From positions 64,001 to 128,000 of the IMG/VR virus record IMGVR_UViG_3300045256_000294: a DNA stretch of 64,000 nt. One strand, written 5' to 3'. A program made the position numbers and the translations under genes. The notes under the pieces are model-generated. The model saw nothing but the letters and a program-made list of their open reading frames with translations, ran no database searches and was not told where the DNA came from. This document shows, piece after piece, positions 18,751-29,370 of this stretch; the stretch's first letter is position 1, and each line of letters opens with the position of its first letter. Origin of the DNA: a virus.

Positions 18751-19470
18751 GTGAAACGTACTGCCGTGTGTCTGTCGGGTCTGGTACGAACTTTCGAACA
18801 GACCCATCAGAACCTCCATGACCAGCTTCTTGTCGTTAACCCAGACTTCCAATTCGACTTCTTCCTGTCCACCTGGGCCAACGCCGACTCCCGCAAATCC
18901 ACGCAGAAGATCCGGCTGGAGCAGTGGGGCCATCCCGTCGAAGAACTCATCCCGATTAACCCAACTCCAGTAGACCGACTCAAATTCATCTACAAGCCGG
19001 TAGCGATCAACGTCGAGGAGAAAAGGACATGGGATGTCACAAAGTATACCAGTAATAAGGATAAATTGGCCAGTCCTGAGGCGTGGCTGGGGATGACTTA
19101 CAAAATCGCCGACTGTGATCGTCTCCGTCGTCAATACCAGGCACAGATGGGTTTCATATACGATGTTGTGATTCGCTGCCGTTTTGATATTCTCTTGCCT
19201 ATCCCGATCACCCTGGATCTCGATCCGGCCAAGTTGTACGTCCCCAAGATGTGGGCTCCATCCTACCGGGAGCAACCGTGAACCAATGACATGTTCGCCA
19301 TTGGTTCCGACAAGGTGATGGAGATTTACGCGGGGGCTCACGAGGCTACTGACGCTCTGTTCGACCGTGGGGTCATTTTTCAGCCTGAAATTCTGCTCCA
19401 TAACCATCTGGCCGAGCACGGCGTGCCGGTTGAGGTTATGGACTTCGATATGACGATTCTCCGCAATTAA
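18751..19470 (+). pseudogene. glycan-biosynthesis-associated protein with one in-frame TGA at 19279-19281
   Basis: AVCLSGLVR...YDVVIRCRFD...EQP*TNDMFAIGS...FQPEILLHNHL. The frame continues about 62 codons past the TGA to TAA 19470. Confidence 0.7.
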
Positions 19471-19512
19471 AGCAAGTCAGGGGTCTTGCCACACGTCGGT
19501 GATTCCCCCCAC

Positions 19513-19520
19513 GTATTAAA
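19513..19520 (+). promoter_or_regulatory. candidate phage promoter motif GTATT(A/T)AA
   Basis: Upstream of the helicase. Also at 26164 (sbcC), 36437 and 57996, with variants at 36323 and 38783. Confidence 0.45.
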
Positions 19521-19541
19521 CCGGGAACCACCGAGGAAGCT

Positions 19542-22439
19542 ATGTTCAATCTGGAAGCCATCGACGACCACTTCCCGAAGCGTGTGGATGGCCAAGCCTC
19601 CTATCGCGAGGGCCAAAAGAAGGCTATCGAGTTCGCCCTCAATGCCTTCAACAGCGGCAAGCGGGTCGTACTAATTGAGGGGCCGACCGGCTCCGGCAAG
19701 AGCGCCATCGGCATGACCCTGGCCGACATGGTGCCGCGGTCCTACTACTTGACCGGTAGCAAAATCCTGCAAGACCAGTTGGTCGGAGAATTCGGCGATC
19801 AGATCGTCGAACTCAAGGGCCGCAATGCCTACCCCTGCACCTTCTACCCCCGGTTCGGGCCGGAGATGGTCCGCCGCGGCATCTGGAAGCAGCAACAACT
19901 CGATACGCATCTCAAGAAGAACCACAACTGTGCAGACGGCTTCTGCAAGTCCAAGAGCGGCAGGCAGGGCAAGAAGCAGCAGTGCCTCAAGTGTTTCACT
20001 CCTGGTGGGCCGCACGGCACCGGTCGGCCCAGCGGCGACCTAGAAGTGCTACCCCTGGGAATGCGATACAGTGCCTGCCCGTACTACGAGCAGGTGTACA
20101 AGGCCCTCGCTGGCCGCAAAGTGACGATGAACTTCTCGTCGTTCCTGTTCCAGACGCAGATGACCAAGCGGTTCGACGAGCCTCGCGACCTGATGATCGT
20201 GGACGAGTGCTTCCACCCCCACACCCGAATCCAGACGGAGGCCGGTCTGATTCCCATCGGGAAGCTAGTCAACGAGCAGATGGTAATACGTGTGGTAAGC
20301 TTCAACTTCATGACCAAGGAAATTGAGTATAAGCCAATTGCCCGCTGGCTCCGTCGCGGCAAGCAACAGACTTATAAAGTATTAGTCGGCAATCGAACGA
20401 TGTATCCGACCGCCGACCACAAGATCTTTACGCCCTATGGCAAGAAGAAGCTCATCGACTTGAAAGTAGGCGATAAGGTATATGTCCGTCAGACAGAAAT
20501 CACCCCGGACCAACAGCAACTGGTATTGGGGTCGTTGCTAGGGGACGCGAGCCTGCAAGTGGTCGAGTCCAAGAAAATTGGGAAGAAGTATATCAACAAG
20601 GCCACCAGGGGGCGGGTGCGGTTCCGTCACGGTCCTAAGCAGTTTAATTACCTCATGTGGAAGCATAAAATTCTTGGTCCGCATGCCGGGACCGCTCCGA
20701 GTCTTAAGCCATCCGCCGGCTATACCAAGACGACAGCTTCGTTTAGCACTAGTTGTGATTTCTATGATGTCATCGAACCCACCATCATCAATGGCAAGAA
20801 ATCACCGAACCCGGTATGGCTGAGCAAAGTGGGAGCAATGGGTTTAGCAGTCTGGTACATGGATAATGGTGGAATCAGTAACCAAAGTGCCAGATTCAAC
20901 ACCCATGGTTTCGACCTCGCTGCGAACAATCTACTGGCCGGATGGCTACGTTCTACGTGGGGTTTAGAGTGCGAAGTAAAGCCAACCGTCAAGAACGATC
21001 AGACTCTCTACTACATCCAACTTGGGCGGGAGAGTACCAGGTTGTTGATGCGACTGATCTCTCGTTATATTCCGCCTTGTATGCGGCACAAGTTGATAAA
21101 GTACGTGCCGCACGAACCACAGACTGGCTATGCTTTGCGTAACCCACACCGTAAGTTAGACCTAGAACGCAGTAATACGCCTCTTCTAGATTTGCAGGTC
21201 GCAGTTCAAGAGACTGATTGGGAGGGTTACGATTCAACCGTCGAAACTCAAGTCTGCCGCGAAGTGTCTGAGAGCGTGATCCGATCGATTGAACCATACA
21301 AGGAAACCGTTACCTATGATTTGGAAGTAGAGGATAATCACAACTACTTCGCCGGCAATACACTAGTATCCAACTGTCACAACATCGAGTCGCAGCTGAT
21401 GGACTTCGTGTCCCTCTCCATCAGTGACGCCCACCTGCAGCAGCACGGAATTGTCCTGCCGAAATTGGAGACGCCGGAGGAGTATGCGGTGTTCTTCGAG
21501 GACTCGAAGCTACACGAGGCCCTGCTTAAGGTCTATAACGACGCCAACGAGCAGGACCAGATATGGCTGGCTGACGAAATCTCGCGGACGCTCAAAAAGT
21601 ACAAGATGTTCCTAGACCACATCCAGACCGAAGGGTCGGTGTGGGTGAGCGAGTACGAGTCGTCGCAGAGCGGCCACAACAAGGTGACCCTCAAGCCGGT
21701 CTACGTGCACAACATGGCCAGCGAGCTACTGTTCCAGTATGCCCATCGGGTGGTGTTGATGTCGGCCACCATCCTGGACGTGGACGTGATATGCAAGAGC
21801 CTAGGTATCCCGCGAGAAGAAGTGGCGGCGGTTCGGCTCAAGAACCGTTTCCCGGTCAAGAACCGTCCCATCCACATCCGGCCGGTTGCCAAGATGACCG
21901 GCGGAGCCGAGGGGATGAAGAAATGGGGTCCGGCTCTCGTCGAAGGCGTCAACCAAGTCGCCGACGAGTACCCGGATAAGCGTGGTATCATTCATACCCA
22001 CAACTTCTCTATCGCCAAGCTGCTGCGAGAGAACTGTGACCCCGGGGTGAAGCGGCGGTTCCTGTTCCAGGATGAGTTCAACAACGACAAGAAGGCGATG
22101 CTAGCCGCCCACGCCAAAAGCCCGGACTCGATCTTGGTGGCTCCGGCCATGCACGAGGGGATCGACCTGCATGGCGACCTGTCGCGGTTCCAGGTGATCT
22201 GCAAGGTCCCGTACGCCAACTTCTATGACAACCCACAGTTGGCGATGCGGGTAGAGGCCGACTGGAAATACTACATCTGGATCACAGCCCTCAAGCTCGT
22301 TCAAAGCTATGGTAGGAGTGTTAGGTCGGACACCGACTACGCCGACACTTATATTCTAGATGAATCTATCAATAAATTCATTCGGGACGCTAAGAACATG
22401 CTCCCGGATTGGTTTCTTGAAGCCATTAAGTATGAGTAA
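19542..22439 (+). CDS. DinG/XPD-family superfamily 2 helicase with an intein
   Basis: GPTGSGKS, ELKGRNAYPC, Cys cluster, VDE|CHN, MSATI, EGIDL, KVPY and QSYGRSVRS. Confidence 0.92.
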   Translation: MFNLEAIDDHFPKRVDGQASYREGQKKAIEFALNAFNSGKRVVLIEGPTGSGKSAIGMTLADMVPRSYYLTGSKILQDQLVGEFGDQIVELKGRNAYPCTFYPRFGPEMVRRGIWKQQQLDTHLKKNHNCADGFCKSKSGRQGKKQQCLKCFTPGGPHGTGRPSGDLEVLPLGMRYSACPYYEQVYKALAGRKVTMNFSSFLFQTQMTKRFDEPRDLMIVDECFHPHTRIQTEAGLIPIGKLVNEQMVIRVVSFNFMTKEIEYKPIARWLRRGKQQTYKVLVGNRTMYPTADHKIFTPYGKKKLIDLKVGDKVYVRQTEITPDQQQLVLGSLLGDASLQVVESKKIGKKYINKATRGRVRFRHGPKQFNYLMWKHKILGPHAGTAPSLKPSAGYTKTTASFSTSCDFYDVIEPTIINGKKSPNPVWLSKVGAMGLAVWYMDNGGISNQSARFNTHGFDLAANNLLAGWLRSTWGLECEVKPTVKNDQTLYYIQLGRESTRLLMRLISRYIPPCMRHKLIKYVPHEPQTGYALRNPHRKLDLERSNTPLLDLQVAVQETDWEGYDSTVETQVCREVSESVIRSIEPYKETVTYDLEVEDNHNYFAGNTLVSNCHNIESQLMDFVSLSISDAHLQQHGIVLPKLETPEEYAVFFEDSKLHEALLKVYNDANEQDQIWLADEISRTLKKYKMFLDHIQTEGSVWVSEYESSQSGHNKVTLKPVYVHNMASELLFQYAHRVVLMSATILDVDVICKSLGIPREEVAAVRLKNRFPVKNRPIHIRPVAKMTGGAEGMKKWGPALVEGVNQVADEYPDKRGIIHTHNFSIAKLLRENCDPGVKRRFLFQDEFNNDKKAMLAAHAKSPDSILVAPAMHEGIDLHGDLSRFQVICKVPYANFYDNPQLAMRVEADWKYYIWITALKLVQSYGRSVRSDTDYADTYILDESINKFIRDAKNMLPDWFLEAIKYE
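20208..21374 (+). mobile_element. intein (389 aa) in the helicase Walker B DECH motif
   Basis: CFHPHTRIQT...LGSLLGDAS...LAVWYMDNG...TYDLEVEDNHNYFAGNTLVSN|C. The penultimate residue is Ser rather than His. Confidence 0.93.
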
Positions 22440-23973
22440 GCGAATCAAATTCAATTGTGCACGCTGTAAAGCTGAAACATCAAAAACAGCTTCGAATTTC
22501 TACAAACAAAAGAAACGTATCGGTCAGTCACTATGTGCGACTTGCGCCAAACAGGTGGGGGTTAATAAAACCAGAGCCATAGCCGCGTTAAGACATCCGG
22601 TAACCAATGAAAGCCGGGTGACCGTCACATGCAGCTGTGGAGCAACGCGGGAAGTTTCATTTCGTCAGAGCAAGACAGCGAGCAAGTGCTTGTCATGTGC
22701 TAGCAAATCACGATATGCCTCTCATAGATCGACATATCTTCAAAATGCTGCTGAACGTTCCGGTGATCCAACATTTTCCGCAGTTGTATCGCGTGGGATG
22801 GCCACTATCCCGCCAGAAGCGAAGAGCCGAAATGGTGCAATAGCATCGGCTGCTCTGTGGAATGATCCAGGTCGCCGTGCGGCTGAATCTATGAGACGAC
22901 AGACAATAGCCTGGCGGGATAGATTGAGTCAGTCACTTAGGGGTGTTAATACACTAACCACTGACGAATTTGTGGCTAGAGCGGTTAAGGTGCATGGTGG
23001 TAAATATGATTATTCACTAACGAATTATACACACAGCAAGTCATCGATTATTATTATTTGCCCAACACATGGGCAATTTATTCAATGCGCTGCCGATCAT
23101 TTGTATCACGAGAATGGTTGTCCTAATTGCTATTCGCCAATATCCAGGCCACATAGTCAGATTAACGATTACTTGGAGTCACTTGGCCACTTCGTAAGTG
23201 TTAATGATCGTTCTCACGGGTTTGAGATTGATTCATTGGTAGGGAATTTTGGAATTGAGTATCATGGATTGTACTGGCATTCATATTCACGTTTAGAAGA
23301 CAAGAAAAGTCGTTATCGACACCATGATAAGGCAACCGTAGCAGCCGCCAAACACATTAGACTTTATCAAATTTTCGAACATGAATGGCGCGATCGACGT
23401 CCGATAGTCGAGTCAATGATTGCGAATGCTCTGGGTCATACTATACCAATACACGCTAGAGAATGTGTTGCAGTTGAATTAGATGATTCATCCGAATTCT
23501 TTGAATATAATCATTTACAGGGGTATCGTCCCGCTTTGTTTAGCTTTGGCTTATATCATGGCAACGAATTGATGATGGCCATTTCAGTATCGCGACATCA
23601 TCAATTCGAATTCGAATTGATTAGAGCGGCGACGATCAGAGGCTACCGAATTAGAGGTGGACTTAGTAAACTTCTGACCTTTTGTCAACGCAGAACTGGA
23701 ATGCGGTCATTGATGACTTATGCCGACAGACGTTTTTCAACAGGGAATTCGTATTTGCAATGCGGTTTCAAAATGCTATCTATAACTAAACCAAATTATT
23801 GGTATACGAAGAATGGTTTGGTTTTCAGCCGTCAGCAATTCCAAAAATCGAAACTTAGTTCTATTCTGGCAGCGTATGACGATAGTAGTTCAGAATCAGT
23901 GAATATGTTTAATAACGGTTATCGCCGATTTTGGGATGCAGGGCATTGTAAATTAGTTAAAACTTGGCCTTAA
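22432..23973 (+). mobile_element. free-standing homing-endonuclease-like gene (zinc fingers, DUF723-like repeat, PD-(D/E)XK-like domain)
   Basis: CxxC repeats, TTDEFVARAVKVHGGKYDYS, CPTHG, EIDSL..GIEYHGLYWHS, TYADRRFS and YRRFWDAG. Visibly more AT-rich than its flanks. Confidence 0.8.
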
Positions 23974-24100
23974 TGGACTGGTTCATAGAAGCCATCAGCG
24001 TCCGAGAACGAGTGCGAATGCATCGAGTTCGGCCCCGGTGTGGACAATTTCGTCGGCGGGTTAGACCCAATAGATCCGGTCTACATCGAGATCGCTGACC

Positions 24101-24835
24101 CTAACTAGTTTGATCGTCTGTTGGACCTACTTCGCCACCGAGGAGTGATTGCCGACGCCGCGGCTGACTCCCGAACTTCTGGACATAAGTCTGGTGAATG
24201 ATGTTCTTGGCGGCAATGTAGCCGTAGGTGACGTGAGGGATGCATGGTTGACCGCCCGGCATGATTGGCAATGCCGGCATACCCAGCTTCTCGCGGATAT
24301 GTGCCATAGCCGGGCACCGCACTTCTTCGGCAATTAAGATTGGCCCCTTTGGATCGGCCTCGTCTTTGTAGAACGCCGCCTGCAGCACCCGCAATTTATG
24401 GGTGTACTGGATAGTACACCGCACACCCTTACCGTTTGGCTCGAAGAATCCGGTTTCCATAAGCGTCTGGGTAGGGTTTGGGCCGAGGGCTTTAGTAAGT
24501 TCAGGCCCCATAGAGACGGTGATGTGAGCCTCGCCCACGTGGGTCATCTTCCGGCCTGGGTTAGGAATGATGCGGGCTTCTGGTGGGATACGTGATTTCT
24601 GAGCAGATGGGATGACCAGACCGCCTTGTCCTTCGACGAAATAGGCGATCTGGTCACGTGACAGGTAGCGAATCATCATCCTGACCCGGCCAAGCGGGAC
24701 AGGAATGTACAGGAAGTTGGGCCTTGATGGGTCACCGGTCCCGTAGTTGAGCGTTTCAGGCTCACCCGTTCCCAGCGAGTTCTGTAGGTTGCCCAGCCAC
24801 GCCGTTGTCGCTTCCGTGATTGATGACAATCTCAT
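24101..24835 (-). CDS. 2H phosphoesterase-like protein with an MRLSSITE N-terminus
   Basis: Two HxT motifs, AHITV and PHVTY, about 85 aa apart. ATG 24835 is the inferred start. Confidence 0.65.
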   Translation of the reverse strand: MRLSSITEATTAWLGNLQNSLGTGEPETLNYGTGDPSRPNFLYIPVPLGRVRMMIRYLSRDQIAYFVEGQGGLVIPSAQKSRIPPEARIIPNPGRKMTHVGEAHITVSMGPELTKALGPNPTQTLMETGFFEPNGKGVRCTIQYTHKLRVLQAAFYKDEADPKGPILIAEEVRCPAMAHIREKLGMPALPIMPGGQPCIPHVTYGYIAAKNIIHQTYVQKFGSQPRRRQSLLGGEVGPTDDQTS

Positions 24836-25124
24836 AGTCGCCCGGCTGCAAGTTGAGGGTGACGGGAGTGCCGTCCTTGAACTCACCCTGTATCTTTTCA
24901 CCCATCTGGGAACCGTAGGTGCACTCTATAGAGTACCTACCATCCCCGCCGGTGACCAGCAGGTTCGTCTGGAGAGCCATTACCACGGGCATGCCGATGT
25001 CAGGGGTGTCATCCGGAGCGTCGACCGGGCAGATGCTGGTAGTCACGTCCAATTTGAGCGACTCACCATCCCCTAACATCCAGGTCCATTTCTGACCTCC
25101 GGACCGCATTAACATGATACGCAT
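24762..25124 (-). CDS. hypothetical protein
   Basis: 120-aa ORF preceded by AGGAG. Confidence 0.55.
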   Translation of the reverse strand: MRIMLMRSGGQKWTWMLGDGESLKLDVTTSICPVDAPDDTPDIGMPVVMALQTNLLVTGGDGRYSIECTYGSQMGEKIQGEFKDGTPVTLNLQPGDYEIVINHGSDNGVAGQPTELAGNG

Positions 25125-25153
25125 CGGTGTCTCCTGTTGGATGGTTCTCTGTG

Positions 25154-26134
25154 TCAGCGGAGGACTCCGCCGTAAATGGTGTTGACTGTATCCAGGGGAG
25201 GGGGTAGTGGCGGTGCCTTGTATTGGAGTTTCTGGGCCTCTATGGTGTTGTGCAGGAGCATCGTCACCGTCATTGGACCAACCCCACCCGGAACCGGGCT
25301 GTAAGCGGCAACGATGTCGTAGACGTCACGCCGCACGTCGCCTACGATCTTACCGTCTACCCGGTTGATGCCGACGTCCACCAAGACGGTCTTGGTGTTC
25401 ACCATGTTGGGGGTGATAAAATCGGGCTTGCCAACTGCTACCACGATGATATCGGCGGACTGGCATACGTCCTGTAGTCGTTGCGGTGGTGTCCGGTCGT
25501 GGCAGATGGTGACCGTGGCGTTGGCTTCCTCTTTGTCCTGGATCAACAGAGCCTTAAGCGGCTTGCCAACCACGTCAGAGCGGTTGATGATGACGACCTT
25601 CTTCCCCTCGATCTCGACGCCCGATCGTGTCAGAAGTTCTTGTATCCCGTGTGGCGTGCAGGGGATGAATCGGGGGCGGCCCTGGAGCAGCAGGCCAGTA
25701 TTGACTGGGTTGAAGACGTCTACGTCTTTAAGAGGGTCGATGCGGTCGAAGATCTCGAAGTTGGTGATATTCAGTTCCTTTGGTAGTGGTAACTGCACTA
25801 AGATACCATGAACATTGGGGTCCAAGTTGAGGTAGTCGATAGTCCGGATCAGGTGTTCCCGCGGGTCCGACCAGTTCTGGATGCCGTTCTCGAAAGGGCG
25901 GAGTACGAAGCTGTTGATCCCCACTTCGGCACAGGCTTCGATTTTCTTCTTGACATAAACCTTGCTGGCCGGGTCGTCTGAGCATAGGACTACGGCTAGG
26001 GTTGGTGGTACCGATGGTGGCTTGGGCTTGTTGTGATTGTAAGGCGTCCAGGCCGACTTCCTCGCCGAGAGCATCACCTTCATTTCGTGGCGGATTTCAG
26101 CCGAGATGTGGTTGCCATTCAGGATCTGGGCCAT
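25154..26134 (-). CDS. folD: bifunctional methylenetetrahydrofolate dehydrogenase/cyclohydrolase
   Basis: ASKVYVKKK, HGILVQLPLP, KDVD, PCTPHG, RSDVVGKP, DVGINR and PVPGGVGPMTV. Confidence 0.97.
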   Translation of the reverse strand: MAQILNGNHISAEIRHEMKVMLSARKSAWTPYNHNKPKPPSVPPTLAVVLCSDDPASKVYVKKKIEACAEVGINSFVLRPFENGIQNWSDPREHLIRTIDYLNLDPNVHGILVQLPLPKELNITNFEIFDRIDPLKDVDVFNPVNTGLLLQGRPRFIPCTPHGIQELLTRSGVEIEGKKVVIINRSDVVGKPLKALLIQDKEEANATVTICHDRTPPQRLQDVCQSADIIVVAVGKPDFITPNMVNTKTVLVDVGINRVDGKIVGDVRRDVYDIVAAYSPVPGGVGPMTVTMLLHNTIEAQKLQYKAPPLPPPLDTVNTIYGGVLR

Positions 26135-26192
26135 TTTGACTCCTAACGGTGTTACGGGGGCTCGTATTTAATGCACAACACGGAGTCCCTCC

Positions 26193-28103
26193 ATGCTTGA
26201 GATCGAGAAAGTAGCCTGGAAGAACTTCCTCTCATATGGGGATTATACCACTACACTCGAAGTCTCAAAGCTTGGCCAGTGTCTCATCACTGGCGAAGTC
26301 GAGGACGAGGAAGAGAAGGAAGCCTATAACGAGGGCTTGGGTAGTACTATCCGCAAGTCCAACGGTGCCGGCAAGACTACCATCATCAGTGCGATGCAAT
26401 GGATCCTGTTTGGCCGTACCTCGCACTCCCACGCCCCCGGCGATCAGGTCGTCAACTACTTCATCGGTAAAGACTGCTGGGGCCAAATCACCTTCAAAAA
26501 CGGCGACTCCATCACCCGTACCCGCAACTATGAAGGACACAACGAACTCATCTATGTTCGGGACGGCGACGAAACCCGGCTGAACTGCGACACCCTTGGC
26601 ACGTCCAAGATTCAGCAGGGCCAACTAGCCAAAGCATTCGGCCTAGATTGGGAGATCTTCTGCGGGTCCGCCTTCTTCAGCCAGTACAGCAAGCCATGGA
26701 TGGAGATGGCGGATCAGGCTCGGAAGAAAGCCTTGGAACGGCTTCTGCACGTAGACCGCTTCGCCTACTACGCTGACGTCGCCAAGAAGAAGTCTGAGAA
26801 ACTCGACACCGCGGTCCAGCGGCTCAACGGGCAGAAGTCCAATCTTGAGCGAGAGATCGAGCGTCTGGAAGCCGAAATCGGCCGTCTTGAAGAAGCGTCA
26901 GCCACCTTTGGCACCAAACAGCAAGCCCGTAGCCAGCAGGCCCTAGAAGCCGCTGCTCACGAGGACGACAAGAAGGCCCAGATCAAACTCCCGGACCTCG
27001 ACAAGCTCAAGGCCAAATGGGAAGTCGTCGCCAAAATCGAAGCGAAGATCCGTGAGCAGCAGACCCAAGCCGCCACTTATCGCGATCAGGCCGATGACAT
27101 TAATGACGAGGCCAACCGGCTGGACGGGCAGATCTCACGGCACGAGTCCAACGCTGCCGCCATCGAGCAGAAAGTGAAACTGTGGCACGATCGCGGCGGA
27201 AAAGTCTGTACTTCTTGCGAACAACCGATCACCCACGAGCATATCGGCAACAAAATCGAACCTCTGGTTGCCCAGGCTACCAGTGAACGGGAGAAAGCGG
27301 AGACACTACGCAAGCAGCAAGAGGAAATCAGAGCACGGGCAGTGGTGGCTCGCGAAAAGTACAAGAAGGCTCTCGCAAATGTCAAGCAGGCCGAGGACCT
27401 CCTGGCCTCCAAGAAACCCACCATGACCCTACAGGACGCCGAGAGCATCTATGACCGATACAAACAACATGAACGAGAGGCCGGGCGGCTCCGCAAGCTT
27501 GCCGAAACGATCCTCACCGAGGAGAACCCCCACCAGACTAGCATCGCCATCGCCAAGGAACGGATCGAACAGTGCCACGCTGAGATCGCGTCCCTGGACG
27601 GTGACATTGCTCGCCAGGAACTCCTCAACAAGCACTTCTACTACATCTATAAGGCGTACAGCGACCGGGCCAAAATCAAGAGTTTCGTGTTTCGCGACCA
27701 TGTGCCGTTCATTAATGCTAGGCTACGCCACTACCTGGACGTGTTCGGGCTGGACATCAAGCTAGAACTGACCGAATCTCTGGGGATCAAGAGTAACCTA
27801 TGGGGTTACGAGTTTGAGAGCGGCGGCGAGAGGAAGCGGACCGACGTGGCCTTCATGTTGGCTACTTTCGACTTCCACGAGCACATGTTCGGCCGGCAGT
27901 GCAATGTACTGGTGATGGATGAAGTTGATGGGCGGTTGGATGATGACGGGATCGAATCGCTCATTAACATCATCAAGAACGACCTTGCCAACCGTGTCGA
28001 ATCTATACTCATTATCTCGCACCGGGAAAATATGAAAGATACGTTCCCGCGGGAGATCAAGGTCCGCCGCAAAAACCGATTCAGCCGGCTAGAGGTCATA
28101 TGA
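26193..28103 (+). CDS. sbcC: SbcC/Rad50 (T4 gp46-like) ATPase
   Basis: KNFLSYG, Walker A SNGAGKTT, coiled coils with a CTSC zinc hook, signature SGGERKR, Walker B LVMDEVDGRLD, and IISH. Confidence 0.93.
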   Translation: MLEIEKVAWKNFLSYGDYTTTLEVSKLGQCLITGEVEDEEEKEAYNEGLGSTIRKSNGAGKTTIISAMQWILFGRTSHSHAPGDQVVNYFIGKDCWGQITFKNGDSITRTRNYEGHNELIYVRDGDETRLNCDTLGTSKIQQGQLAKAFGLDWEIFCGSAFFSQYSKPWMEMADQARKKALERLLHVDRFAYYADVAKKKSEKLDTAVQRLNGQKSNLEREIERLEAEIGRLEEASATFGTKQQARSQQALEAAAHEDDKKAQIKLPDLDKLKAKWEVVAKIEAKIREQQTQAATYRDQADDINDEANRLDGQISRHESNAAAIEQKVKLWHDRGGKVCTSCEQPITHEHIGNKIEPLVAQATSEREKAETLRKQQEEIRARAVVAREKYKKALANVKQAEDLLASKKPTMTLQDAESIYDRYKQHEREAGRLRKLAETILTEENPHQTSIAIAKERIEQCHAEIASLDGDIARQELLNKHFYYIYKAYSDRAKIKSFVFRDHVPFINARLRHYLDVFGLDIKLELTESLGIKSNLWGYEFESGGERKRTDVAFMLATFDFHEHMFGRQCNVLVMDEVDGRLDDDGIESLINIIKNDLANRVESILIISHRENMKDTFPREIKVRRKNRFSRLEVI

Positions 28104-28645
28104 GCCAGATGCCGTACAACACTCGCGTGGAACCGGTCGAGGTCTACCTGGAGAATATTCCAGGGTTCAACTCGATTAAGTTCCACAAAGTACCCGGTCC
28201 GGTTTTCCTCGACCACGCCATCAAGAGCCACGCGGTTCGCACTCACCGTTACACCCTGACCGAGATGGAGGAGGCTCTGCGGAAGGCTACCGGTCGAGTC
28301 TACGTATACAAGTGCATGCGGACCTACGAAGATGTCCAAGAGGACAAGTACACACTGATGTGGTTGGCAGTAGAAGTGCCACCAGCCCAACTGTTCAGCC
28401 ATTTCGATATCGCAGCTGGGGTAGTTATTGACTCCGGCACCATGAAGCCTATGCTCAAGGCTGATTTCCTCCTGAATATCGAGGACTACAAGTCGCTGGC
28501 TAGCTCCTGGGGCATGGATGAGTTGGCCAAGCAGCTTGGCGAATTTATCATCAAAGCGATCGCCACCCGCGACTACGACGGGAAGCCAGAGCTACCCAAT
28601 GAGTGTCCTAATTCTGTCGATTCACATCCCACACCGGCACAGTGA
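28100..28645 (+). CDS. hypothetical protein
   Basis: 181-aa ORF with an ATGA overlap with sbcC. Confidence 0.7.
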   Translation: MSQMPYNTRVEPVEVYLENIPGFNSIKFHKVPGPVFLDHAIKSHAVRTHRYTLTEMEEALRKATGRVYVYKCMRTYEDVQEDKYTLMWLAVEVPPAQLFSHFDIAAGVVIDSGTMKPMLKADFLLNIEDYKSLASSWGMDELAKQLGEFIIKAIATRDYDGKPELPNECPNSVDSHPTPAQ

Positions 28646-29348
28646 CTACTGGCGGAAGCTTCAGCCCTTATTCGTGTCCGAGAGTGCCGGTGATTATGAG
28701 TACGGGGTTATCGTCAATGGTGGCGACCCCAAGCTCTATCCAAACTCTGTCTTGCATATTCCGACTAAGGTGTCGCACTCCCAGGGTGTTAAGCACGTCC
28801 TGGATATCTTCCGAGCTCATCGGCACCGGTTCACCCATTTCCTGCTGTTAGACAGTGATTGTTGGCCGGTCCGTCCGGATTGGATCGATGTGCTGAACAA
28901 CCTGATGGGTGACAAGTACCTGTACGCGGCCCCGATACGGGTAGAGAACTTCGACACCTTTCCACATCCATCCGCCTTTTATATGAAGGCCGAGTTCCTG
29001 GATCAGGTGAACTTCGGTTTCGACAGGACCGCGAATCTGCTTGGGGTAGGGGTGTCGGATGTGGCGGCGGCGATGCCGCAGTACCTGAACGACCAGCAGA
29101 TCTGGTATCCGCTCATTAAGACGAACTACTTGTCGCCTCATCCGCTCTACGCCACTGTCTACGGTGACCTATTCTATCACCATTGCGCGGGGTCGCGGGG
29201 GCTGGGCTTCCGTGCGAACAGCTTCGGTTTTTACGGGCACATCTTCACCAAGAAGACCCATCGAATTATTTATAACCAAGTAACAGCCCATCTACTCCAA
29301 AATCCGCGGGGCTTTGTGGATGATCTTCGCGGCATACGTCTCCGTTAA
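28599..29348 (+). CDS. GT-A fold glycosyltransferase-like protein
   Basis: DxD-type motif FLLLDSDCWP, plus PHPSAF and FYHHCAGS. Confidence 0.65.
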   Translation: MSVLILSIHIPHRHSDYWRKLQPLFVSESAGDYEYGVIVNGGDPKLYPNSVLHIPTKVSHSQGVKHVLDIFRAHRHRFTHFLLLDSDCWPVRPDWIDVLNNLMGDKYLYAAPIRVENFDTFPHPSAFYMKAEFLDQVNFGFDRTANLLGVGVSDVAAAMPQYLNDQQIWYPLIKTNYLSPHPLYATVYGDLFYHHCAGSRGLGFRANSFGFYGHIFTKKTHRIIYNQVTAHLLQNPRGFVDDLRGIRLR

Positions 29349-29370
29349 ATCTAGACAGGAGAACATCTAT

